Shown here: one piece after another, positions 27,877-35,950 of the stretch
How the letters are laid out: each line of letters starts with the position of its first letter
Numbering within the stretch: position 1 is the stretch's first letter
DNA from: an uncultured Marinilabiliaceae bacterium
GTDB lineage: Bacteria; Bacteroidota; Bacteroidia; Bacteroidales; Marinilabiliaceae
Reading direction: 5' to 3'
NCBI GenBank assembly: GCA_964588595.1
Contig: CAZPPW010000001.1
Location: 306-64,305 of the forward strand
DNA: 64,000 nt
Translations under genes and position numbers: made by a program
Notes under the pieces: model-generated
What the model was told of the DNA's origin: nothing
The model's input: the letters and a program-made list of their open reading frames with translations, nothing else
The model's database searches: none

Positions 27877-29175
27877 ATGACATACGAGAAGATTCTTGAG
27901 GATATATACAACCGGTTCCCTGTATATCAGCAGGTTGGCAGCATAGCCCTAAAACCAGGACTCGGCAATATCATGGCGATAGACAACCGCCTCGGTCATC
28001 CTCACAAGAAGTTCAAGACCATACACGTGGCAGGCACTAATGGCAAAGGCTCCGTATCCCACACCCTGGCAGCCATATTGCAGAGCGCAGGATACGTCAC
28101 AGGACTATTCACCTCACCTCACCTCGTGGACTTCAGGGAACGCATACGTGTTGACGGCTGCATGATACCCAAAGAGTGCGTGGTCGACTTCATGGACCGC
28201 AACGATATCTTCCTCAACGAGTTGCAACCATCATTCTTCGAGATTACCACAGCCATGGCTATGGACTACTTCGAGCGAGTAGGCGTAGACGTGGCAGTGA
28301 TAGAGGTAGGCCTGGGCGGACGACTCGATAGCACGAACATCATAACACCCGACCTGAGCGTAATAACAAACATAGGCCTTGAGCACACCCAGTATCTTGG
28401 CGACACACTTGCCAAGATTGCCGCAGAGAAGGCGGGCATCATCAAGCAGGGCGTACCAGTGGTGATCGGCGAGCGCCATCCCGAGACAGACCCCGTGTTC
28501 ATAGCCAAAGCCGAAGAGATGAACGCACCTATCATCTTTGCCGAGGATGTCATGAGGCTCATCGAGCACAAGGAGGAGAAGGGCATGATGGTGGCGCAAG
28601 TGGAGCACAAAGCCAAACAACAGCAGAGGGAACATAAATTCTCACTCACAGGTCTCTGCCAAACGCACAACATGCTGACTGTACTCGCGGCAGTCGAAGA
28701 GCTCAAGAAACTCGACTACGACCTGACGGAACTTGACGTGAAAGAGGGCATGGCCGACGTGCAAGGTCTCACAGGCCTCATGGGTAGATGGCAGAAGATA
28801 GGAAACCGCCCCGACATCATCGTCGACACAGGCCACAATGCCCACGGCGTACGAATACTGGCACAACAACTCGAGGAACAGTTCTCCAACTACCTGCGCA
28901 TTCACATAGTATGGGGCATGTGCAACGACAAAGAACCCGAGAAGGTCATGACACTCCTGCCACGCGACGCCAAGTACTACTTCACACAAGCCAACATCAA
29001 GCGTGCCACACCAGCAGCCGACCTCTACGACATAGGCCAAAAGATGGGCCTCAACTGCCACTTCTACCCCACCGTGCGACAAGCTGTCGACAGGGCTAAG
29101 CGTTATGCCGAACCGGCTGACCTGATTTTCATCGGCGGAAGCAACTTCGTAGTGGCAGAGGCTCTCGATTTATAA
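27877..29175 (+). CDS. folC: bifunctional folylpolyglutamate synthase / dihydrofolate synthase
   Basis: HVAGTNGKGS P-loop and Mur-ligase-like layout. 432 aa. Confidence 0.9.
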   Translation: MTYEKILEDIYNRFPVYQQVGSIALKPGLGNIMAIDNRLGHPHKKFKTIHVAGTNGKGSVSHTLAAILQSAGYVTGLFTSPHLVDFRERIRVDGCMIPKECVVDFMDRNDIFLNELQPSFFEITTAMAMDYFERVGVDVAVIEVGLGGRLDSTNIITPDLSVITNIGLEHTQYLGDTLAKIAAEKAGIIKQGVPVVIGERHPETDPVFIAKAEEMNAPIIFAEDVMRLIEHKEEKGMMVAQVEHKAKQQQREHKFSLTGLCQTHNMLTVLAAVEELKKLDYDLTELDVKEGMADVQGLTGLMGRWQKIGNRPDIIVDTGHNAHGVRILAQQLEEQFSNYLRIHIVWGMCNDKEPEKVMTLLPRDAKYYFTQANIKRATPAADLYDIGQKMGLNCHFYPTVRQAVDRAKRYAEPADLIFIGGSNFVVAEALDL

Positions 29176-29308
29176 CACCCCCAACACATCACGTAAGCAA
29201 ATGACACTCAACACGGTGTTATAGTTTTAAAGCACCAACGCGAATATATGCGTGATGAAAATTATTAAACTTTTCGCCCTACGCTATTGTGGAGTAAGGA
29301 AAAACGCC

Positions 29309-29316
29309 TATCTTTG
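29309..29316 (+). promoter_or_regulatory. -7 promoter box TATCTTTG for the tRNA cluster
   Basis: Exact TAnnTTTG match 36 nt upstream of the first tRNA. Confidence 0.55.
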
Positions 29317-29351
29317 CAACGCAATTCGGAACTGGATGGTGAGTCCCACAC

Positions 29352-29426
29352 GGGTGCTTAGCTCAGCTGGTTCAGAGCGGCTGCCCTACAAGCAGCGGGT
29401 CGGGGGTTCGAATCCCTCAGCACCCA
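29352..29426 (+). tRNA. tRNA-Val (anticodon TAC), copy 1
   Basis: Hand-folded cloverleaf: acceptor GGGTGCT/AGCACCC, D stem GCTC/GAGC, anticodon stem GCTGC/GCAGC, loop CCTACAA, T arm GGGGG-TTCGAAT-CCCTC. No encoded CCA. Confidence 0.85.
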
Positions 29427-29504
29427 CAAGTCCGAATAGCAACATACTGAATCGTCCTGCTCACGACCATGGGGGTCGAAAGAGCCTTACCAGGACTACC
29501 AATC

Positions 29505-29579
29505 GGGTGCTTAGCTCAGCTGGTTCAGAGCGGCTGCCCTACAAGCAGCGGGTCGGGGGTTCGAATCCCTCAGCACCCA
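29505..29579 (+). tRNA. tRNA-Val (anticodon TAC), copy 2, identical to copy 1
   Basis: 75/75 identical to 29352-29426. Confidence 0.85.
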
Positions 29580-29595
29580 CCCTAACATCAATGAC

Positions 29596-29673
29596 GGGCA
29601 TTTAGCTCAGCTGGTTCAGAGCATTTGTCTGACAGACAAAGGGTCAGCGGTTCGAATCCGTTAATGCCCACCA
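29596..29673 (+). tRNA. tRNA-Val (anticodon GAC), CCA encoded
   Basis: Acceptor GGGCATT/AATGCCC, anticodon stem TTTGT/ACAAA, loop CTGACAG, T arm AGCGG-TTCGAAT-CCGTT, 3' ACCA. Confidence 0.9.
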
Positions 29674-29789
29674 GTCATAGTGTTTTTGCGTACGAGTCTG
29701 TGATAGAATCGTGCGCTTTTTTTATGCACATACGCCACCAAGAACTCAGCGACAAGCATCCAACATCCCCCATACCACCACATACAGCA

Positions 29790-29822
29790 AGAGGGCAGCG
29801 ACTCACACGGTCACTGCCCTCT
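29790..29822 (-). terminator. hairpin downstream of glyA
   Basis: 9-bp stem AGAGGGCAG / CTGCCCTCT, 23 nt after the glyA stop. No clear T tract. Confidence 0.45.
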
Positions 29823-29844
29823 CCTTATATCCGCCTACCGCGAA

Positions 29845-31122
29845 CTACCAAGCAAACATAGGCCTGTCGTTCATCATGGCGTTAACCTCGCCACGCACCT
29901 TCGCGATGACCTTCTCATCTTCAGGCGCGGCAAGCACTCGATCTATCATGTCGGCAATGACATCCATATCGCCCTCCTTCAAGCCACGTGTCGTGATGGC
30001 AGGCGTGCCAAGACGAAGACCACTCGTCTGCATAGCCGAACGCGTGTCAAACGGCACAAGGTTCATATTGACCGTTATATCAGCCGCCACAAGTGCATTC
30101 TCCGCAACCTTACCCGTGAGCTCCGGATACTTAGGACGCAAGTCCACAAGCATCGAGTGATTATCCGTGCCACCGCTGACAATGTGGAACCCTCGGTCAA
30201 TAAGATCCTTAGCCAGACGTGCCGCGTTGACCTTGACCTGCTGCTGATATACCTTGAACTCCGGCTGAAGTGCCTCCGCAAATGCCACAGCCTTAGCCGC
30301 AATGACATGCTCCAACGGACCACCCTGCTGACCTGGGAACACGGCCGAGTTAAGCAACGACCCCATCGTGCGCACCACACCCTTCTTAGTCGTCTTACCC
30401 CACGGGTTAGGGAAATCCTTGCCCATAAGGATGATGCCCCCACGAGGACCACGCAACGTCTTATGAGTAGTCGACGTGACAATATCCGCATACTTCACCG
30501 GGTTATCCAGCAAACCAGCCGCAATAAGCCCCGCCGGATGAGCCATGTCCACCATCAGTATCGCGCCAACCTCGTCGGCTATCTTGCGCATCCGGGCATA
30601 ATCCCACTCACGGCTATAAGCCGAACCGCCACCGATGATTAGACGAGGCTTCTCGCGCAACGCGATTTCCTCCATCTCGTCATAGTCCACACGACCCGTC
30701 TCCCGATTGAGATGGTACGCCACAGGACGATAGATGAGGCCCGACGTATTGACCGCCGAACCATGCGACAAGTGACCACCATGAGCAAGGTCAAGCCCCA
30801 TGAACGTGTCTCCAGGCTTGAGCACCGCCAATAGCACCGCCGCATTAGCCTGCGCGCCCGAGTGAGGCTGCACATTGGCATACTCCGCCCCATAAAGCTG
30901 CTTGATGCGCTCCAAGGCAAGCGTCTCAACCTCGTCTACCACTTCGCAACCGCCATAATGACGCTTGCCAGGATATCCCTCGGCATATTTATTGGTCAGG
31001 CACGAACCCATGGCCCGCATCACCTGGTCCGACACGAAATTCTCCGAGGCTATCATTTCGATGCCCCGCTGCTGCCGCTGATGTTCTTTCTCGATGAGAT
31101 CGAATATGGCGTTGTCTCTCAT
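29845..31122 (-). CDS. glyA: serine hydroxymethyltransferase
   Basis: 425 aa. ...IASENFVS..., [15 protein letters not shown]-lysine motif. Confidence 0.97.
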   Translation of the reverse strand: MRDNAIFDLIEKEHQRQQRGIEMIASENFVSDQVMRAMGSCLTNKYAEGYPGKRHYGGCEVVDEVETLALERIKQLYGAEYANVQPHSGAQANAAVLLAVLKPGDTFMGLDLAHGGHLSHGSAVNTSGLIYRPVAYHLNRETGRVDYDEMEEIALREKPRLIIGGGSAYSREWDYARMRKIADEVGAILMVDMAHPAGLIAAGLLDNPVKYADIVTSTTHKTLRGPRGGIILMGKDFPNPWGKTTKKGVVRTMGSLLNSAVFPGQQGGPLEHVIAAKAVAFAEALQPEFKVYQQQVKVNAARLAKDLIDRGFHIVSGGTDNHSMLVDLRPKYPELTGKVAENALVAADITVNMNLVPFDTRSAMQTSGLRLGTPAITTRGLKEGDMDVIADMIDRVLAAPEDEKVIAKVRGEVNAMMNDRPMFAW

Positions 31123-31275
31123 TGGCTTGTCTTGATTTTAAAATGTAAGATGTTACAAACATAACAAATTGTTGCGTAATTAGAGAGACACGCGCCAAAT
31201 ATTTTCACCCACTCCCCCACCCCTCCCACCCTAACCGCCATCAACCCGCGCCAACCAACCCCAAAACACCCATAT

Positions 31276-31348
31276 ATGCTCCCTGCATGCTCCCTGTATG
31301 CTCCAACGATGCTCCAACGATGCTCCGCGGATGCTCCACTGATGCTCC
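31276..31348 (+). repeat. 7 x 11-bp phased heptamer array ATGCTCC-N4
   Basis: ATGCTCC starts at 31276, 31287, 31298, 31309, 31320, 31331 and 31342. Confidence 0.9.
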
Positions 31349-31671
31349 GCGACTCTTTCACGCTCTCTCGTGAAACAACAAATGCAACTTTTCGCCCTTG
31401 TCTATCCGCCAATTCCACACCTTTCCTACAAATACCCCACGACGCACCCCTCCCACACCGCCCATTTTTCAGTCGTGCGACCTCCAATCACACCATTCCG
31501 CTTTTCCTTCAATTATCAACAAAAATCACGCCCTTTTCAGCCAATGTTTATTCCCCAAAAACTCACCCATCCCCCAAATCCTCACCCATCCACACCCTCT
31601 CCCATCCCCCATTCCCCAACCGTGCGAGTGACGAATACCCCCTTCCGCCATTCCTTTAATAATAAACAAAA
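31276..31671 (+). repeat. dispersed intergenic repeat, copy A (homologous to 40934-41184)
   Basis: Blocks shared with copy B: the heptamer array, AATGTTTATTCC, CTTYCCTACAAA(T/A)A(C/T)CCC, CGCCCATTTYTCAGTCGTG, GTGACGAATACCCCC and AATAAACAAAA. Copy A carries about 150 bp of extra internal sequence. Confidence 0.75.
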
Positions 31672-31697
31672 CCGCCCCAGCGCATGCCAGGGCGGTC
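31660..31697 (-). terminator. intrinsic terminator of the glutamine synthetase gene
   Basis: On the - strand: ACCGCCC...GGGCGGT stem followed by TTTTGTTTATTATT, 25 nt after the stop. Confidence 0.75.
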
Positions 31698-31720
31698 CTT
31701 TCTATCTCACCGTCTCGCTC

Positions 31721-33910
31721 CTAATCAAGCAAGAACAGCATCTCACGATACTTAGGCAACGGCCACATCTCGTTGTCCACAATCATCTCGAGCTTGTCCA
31801 CGTGATAGCGGATGGTGTCAAAGTGCGGGCGCACCTCGTTCTCATACGCGTACGCCTTCTCGTTCTCATCCTCAATCTTGTTGGCTCTCTTGCGGGCGTC
31901 AATCATCTCCTGCACCGATGTGCGGATGGTCTTGACGTGAGCCGAAATCTTGCGTATCAGCTCGCGCTCGTTCTCCGTCATCGAGTCAGCCTCGTCTCCC
32001 ATGACCTCCTTCATGCCCTTCACATTCTTGATGAGGATATTCTGGTAGTCAATAGCCGTAGGCACGATATGGTTGATCACAAGGTCGCCAAGCACGCGCG
32101 CCTCAATCTGTATCTTCTTGACGAACTTCTCCATCTCAACATCATGGCGCACCTTGAGCTCCCTGTCCGACAAGATGCCGCCACCCACAAACACCTCCTT
32201 AGAGTGGTCAGAGAGCATAGTGTCAATGCTCTCAGGCACGCTCGTGATGTTCGTCAGCCCGCGACGCTTAGCCTCCTCCTTCCACTCATCCGAGTAGCCG
32301 TTACCGTCAAAGTGCACAGCCTGGCTCTCCACAATGAGCTTGCGTATCTCCTGGAATATGGCCTCGTCCTTCTTGACACCCTTGTCGATGAGCGCGTCGA
32401 CATCCTTCTTGAACTCGCGCAACTGGTCAGCCACGATGGCGTTGACCGCCGTCATAGCGCCCGCGCAGTTAGCCGACGAGCCCACGGCGCGGAACTCAAA
32501 CCTGTCGCCAGTAAACGCGAAGGGCGATGTGCGGTTGCGGTCCGTGTTGTCCACCAATATCTCCGGCAGACGACCTATGCCGAGCTTCAACGCCGTCTTC
32601 TCCTCCGGAGTCATCTTAGCGTCCGACACCTTCTCCACAATGCTGTTCAGCATCGACGACACCTGAGTGCCAAGGAAGATCGACATAATAGCTGGGGGCG
32701 CCTCGTTGGCTCCAAGACGGTGACTGTTGCTTGCGTTGAGCACCTGCGCACGCAATATATCCTGACCCTTATACACAGCCGCCATCACGCACGTCAGGAA
32801 CGTCAAGAATATCATATTGCCCTTGGGGTTCTTGCCCGGCGCGAACAAGTTGATGCCCGTGTCGGTGCAGAGGCTCCAGTTGTTATGCTTGCCCGAACCA
32901 TTGATGCCCGCAAACGGCTTCTCATGCAGCAGCACCTCGAACCCATGATGGCGCGCAATGCGCTTCATCACGTCCATAAGGAGTATGTTGTGGTCGCACG
33001 CCACGTTCACCTCCTCATAGATAGGCGCAAGCTCAAACTGGCCCGGAGCCACCTCGTTGTGGCGCGTCTTGGCGGGAATGCCAAGGCGATGGCACTCAAT
33101 CTCCAAGTCGCGCATGAAGTAGGCCACTCGCTCGGGGATAGACCCAAAGTAATGGTCCTCAAGCTGCTGGTTCTTGGCAGACGTAGCGCCCATAAGCGTG
33201 CGCCCAGTCTGCACAAGGTCGGGGCGCGCCAAGTAGAGCCCGCGGTCAATGAGGAAATACTCCTGCTCCCAGCCAAGGTTCGAGACAACCTTTGTCACAT
33301 TCTTGTCGAAATACTGGCACACATCCACAGCGGCCTTGTCGACAGCGTGCAACGCCTTGAGCAGAGGGGTCTTATAGTCAAGAGCCTCGCCCGTATAGGC
33401 GATGAATATGGTAGGAATGCAGAGCGTCGAGCCCACAATGAAAGCAGGCGAGGTGACATCCCATGCGGTATAGCCACGCGCCTCGAACGTCGCGCGTATG
33501 CCGCCGTTAGGAAACGACGAGGCATCCGGCTCCTGCTGCGCAAGGTGCTTGCCCGCGAACTCCTCTATGACCCTGCCGTCCGGACCATAGCTGATGAAAC
33601 CGTCATGCTTCTCCGCCGTGCCATCGGTGAGGGGCTGGAACCAGTGCGTATAATGCACCGCGCCATGATCGATGGCCCATGCCTTCATGCCTGCCGCAAC
33701 GCCGTCGGCAAGGTCGCGGCTGATGAACTCACCATTGGCCATAGCCTTGCGCACCTGCTTGTAGACCGACGACTGTAAGTACTTCTTCATAGCCTCGTCA
33801 TTGAAGACAAGCTCGCCGTATATCTCCGGCACCCGCTTCTCCTCGAACTTCATGTCGGGGAGTGGTCTTCTCATGAGGTCAGTCAGCGCTTTGAATCTGA
33901 GTGTTGCCAT
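31721..33910 (-). CDS. glnN: glutamine synthetase, type III
   Basis: 729 aa, the length and pattern typical of Bacteroides GlnN (...HNEVAPGQFELAP..., ...NGSGKHNNWS...). Confidence 0.95.
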   Translation of the reverse strand: MATLRFKALTDLMRRPLPDMKFEEKRVPEIYGELVFNDEAMKKYLQSSVYKQVRKAMANGEFISRDLADGVAAGMKAWAIDHGAVHYTHWFQPLTDGTAEKHDGFISYGPDGRVIEEFAGKHLAQQEPDASSFPNGGIRATFEARGYTAWDVTSPAFIVGSTLCIPTIFIAYTGEALDYKTPLLKALHAVDKAAVDVCQYFDKNVTKVVSNLGWEQEYFLIDRGLYLARPDLVQTGRTLMGATSAKNQQLEDHYFGSIPERVAYFMRDLEIECHRLGIPAKTRHNEVAPGQFELAPIYEEVNVACDHNILLMDVMKRIARHHGFEVLLHEKPFAGINGSGKHNNWSLCTDTGINLFAPGKNPKGNMIFLTFLTCVMAAVYKGQDILRAQVLNASNSHRLGANEAPPAIMSIFLGTQVSSMLNSIVEKVSDAKMTPEEKTALKLGIGRLPEILVDNTDRNRTSPFAFTGDRFEFRAVGSSANCAGAMTAVNAIVADQLREFKKDVDALIDKGVKKDEAIFQEIRKLIVESQAVHFDGNGYSDEWKEEAKRRGLTNITSVPESIDTMLSDHSKEVFVGGGILSDRELKVRHDVEMEKFVKKIQIEARVLGDLVINHIVPTAIDYQNILIKNVKGMKEVMGDEADSMTENERELIRKISAHVKTIRTSVQEMIDARKRANKIEDENEKAYAYENEVRPHFDTIRYHVDKLEMIVDNEMWPLPKYREMLFLLD

Positions 33911-34058
33911 ATTGGTTAGTGTTTAGGGTTTGCTTCGTTCGTTCTTCGTGTTACGACGACAAAAATAAGCGATTTTCTTGAACCACCCCCATTATTTAGG
34001 GGGTATCACGAGAAATCCTCAATTATTTATCATCGCTCACTGAAGTAGTTTGACATTG

Positions 34059-34066
34059 CAAATATA
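34059..34066 (-). promoter_or_regulatory. -7 promoter box TATATTTG upstream of glnN
   Basis: TAnnTTTG match about 150 nt upstream of the ATG at 33910. Confidence 0.35.
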
Positions 34067-34339
34067 GACCCTCCGATTATAATATGCAAGTTTTCGGGCA
34101 GAAATCTTTATGATTTCATAGAAAAACACCCCCAACAACTGAAATTACTAACCCCAAAGCCCCATTTCCCCACATCTTCGCCATTCTCCAGCAATCCTCC
34201 CGCAACCCACCAATTTTAGGGGGTGTCGCCAATTTCCCACACTCCCCCTCCCCCACCCTATCGACCACCACCCCGCACCCACCCTTCCACACATCCCCTC
34301 CACACCCTCTCCACACCCCCACCCCACGCCACACAGCAC

Positions 34340-34378
34340 GAAAAAAGCGTCTGCCAAGGACATTTCCCTGGCAGACGC
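34340..34378 (-). terminator. intrinsic terminator after the beta-helix gene
   Basis: On the - strand: GCGTCTGCCA...TGGCAGACGC stem followed by TTTTTT, 26 nt after the stop at 34404. Confidence 0.8.
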
Positions 34379-34403
34379 CAACTATTATGAGAATATGAAT
34401 CCG

Positions 34404-35768
34404 TTAGAGCTTCTGCGCACCCACGCCACTCATAGCACCGAAGAGCTTGAGAGCCTCTTTCCAAGGATAGCGGTTAGCAAACATGGTGGTAGTGGTCTTG
34501 CCCGTCCCCTGGATGTTAAGCCCAAAGGCGCTGTTAAACTGGTTGACCGTGCTGTTATAGTCCACGCTAACCTCCTGGCTGCTCTTCATGGTCATGAAGC
34601 CCTTGAGGTATGCCGCATTGATCTTATCCTTGAATACCGAGGGGTCCGACACGGTCTTATTGCCGCTAACCTTAGAGAGCGCCTCAACATCCTCAAAGTA
34701 TTCCACACTCACGCGGAGGTTCTTGCCGCCACCAGGAAGAGTGAGGTCGGTCAGACGGTTGAGGAAGAATATATTGTTGACAACAGCGTCGTTACGCTTA
34801 GCCTCACGCGCAGGGTTCGCGTCGACATGCGTACGGTCAAGGCCAGAATAGCAAGCGCAACCGAAGATATTGTTCTCTACATTGCACGAGGTGCCAGGCA
34901 CAAAGCGGAAGCCATAGCCCATGTCGCCCAAATCCTTCTTGCGCGACCATACGAACATGACAGTGTTGTTCTTGAAGTCGACCTCGGTCATGACGTCAGG
35001 CGCCGCGCCACGCACATCCATAGCCGACATGCGCACGTTGACAAATATGTTGTTCTCCACCTTGAGCGAGCCCTTCAGTAGACCAACGATGCCAAAGTTA
35101 GGAGCGTTGACAAAGGCGCAGTTGCGCACGATGATGTTGGTATGGTTGACGATGCCGTTCTTACCGTCGAAGTATATCATGTTGGTCTCCGACGTGAGGA
35201 CGGGCTGCTCTGTGAGGTTCTCGCCACCAATACCCTTGACGCCTATGGGGTTCATCAGCGGGCAGTCCACACCCTCTGGCTGACCCTCGTGAGCAGCATT
35301 ATAGGATATGGAGTTGCCACGATCCATGATAAGGCCGTCTAAAATGACATAGCCCTGTGGAGCCACGACACTGCAAATCTGGATAGTGCCATGACCCTTG
35401 GCAGAACCATTGCTCTCGGCAGTGGGCTGAATCATGGTAGGAGTGTTGATGATGTCGCGCTTAGAGAAGTCGGACGAGTAGCCGCCCATGATGGTCACGG
35501 GGGTCTTAATGATGATGTTGCCCGAGTTCATCAGGCCATAGTAGTTGCCTTCGGCCACCATGATGGTCGTACCCTCCTTGGCAACATCGAGAGCCTTCTG
35601 GAGGTTCTTGAACGGGGCGGCCTTGGAGCCGTCGTTGCGGTTGTTGCCATTGGCGCGGCTCACATATAGAGTAGCCTTGGTGTTAGGATTCTCCGTTCCC
35701 GCCTGCGCAAAGAGTTGCGCCGGGAGGAGAGTTGCTACCGCGATAGCGGTCAATAAGAACTTGTTCAT
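34404..35768 (-). CDS. secreted parallel beta-helix repeat protein
   Basis: Signal peptide. Recurrent NN(I/T)F turns (VRNCAF, VENNIF x2, FKNNTV, VVNNIF), as in PbH1 repeats. Confidence 0.6.
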   Translation of the reverse strand: MNKFLLTAIAVATLLPAQLFAQAGTENPNTKATLYVSRANGNNRNDGSKAAPFKNLQKALDVAKEGTTIMVAEGNYYGLMNSGNIIIKTPVTIMGGYSSDFSKRDIINTPTMIQPTAESNGSAKGHGTIQICSVVAPQGYVILDGLIMDRGNSISYNAAHEGQPEGVDCPLMNPIGVKGIGGENLTEQPVLTSETNMIYFDGKNGIVNHTNIIVRNCAFVNAPNFGIVGLLKGSLKVENNIFVNVRMSAMDVRGAAPDVMTEVDFKNNTVMFVWSRKKDLGDMGYGFRFVPGTSCNVENNIFGCACYSGLDRTHVDANPAREAKRNDAVVNNIFFLNRLTDLTLPGGGKNLRVSVEYFEDVEALSKVSGNKTVSDPSVFKDKINAAYLKGFMTMKSSQEVSVDYNSTVNQFNSAFGLNIQGTGKTTTTMFANRYPWKEALKLFGAMSGVGAQKL

Positions 35769-35890
35769 TGTTGATGATTAAGGGGTTAAATACATCGCGA
35801 TATTAGCCCGAATCACCGTCGAGGAGTATTAGAAATGAGACAATGGTTATAGAGAAGCGTACAAAAGGGGCTGACAAACGGGCAAAACGA

Positions 35891-35925
35891 AGCGTCCCCA
35901 CAGCCGTTACGACCGTGAGGACGCT
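35891..35925 (-). terminator. hairpin after the 1580-aa gene
   Basis: AGCGTCC...GGACGCT stem. On the - strand it is followed by TCGTTTTGCCCGTTTG. Confidence 0.5.
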
Positions 35926-35950
35926 AAAAGATTAGCTTAGGCAGCAGGGG

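Noticed and set aside
29252-29605. 117-aa ORF across the tRNA cluster
   Set aside because: It reads straight through two identical tRNA-Val genes, which produces the internal repeat VLSSAGSERLPYKQRVGGSNPSAPT. It is not coding.
29176-29845. tRNA cluster as an integration hotspot or mobile-element border
   Set aside because: No integrase, direct repeat of a tRNA 3' end or foreign-looking genes follow the cluster. The next gene is glyA.
31119-31659. ORFs inside repeat copy A (31276-31659 +, 31119-31487 -) and their look-alikes in copy B (40934-41215 +, 40894-41292 -)
   Set aside because: The similar peptides (MLPACSLYAPTMLQRCSADA..., ...SAEHRWSIVGA...) only reflect nucleotide homology. An 11-bp period cannot keep a reading frame. 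Differences between the copies and the roughly 150-bp indel do not respect codons.
31370-33778. 802-aa + strand ORF covering most of the glnN region
   Set aside because: It is antisense to an unmistakable type III glutamine synthetase. The translation is Arg/His/Leu-rich low complexity with no motifs. Long antisense frames are expected in GC-rich, skewed coding sequence.
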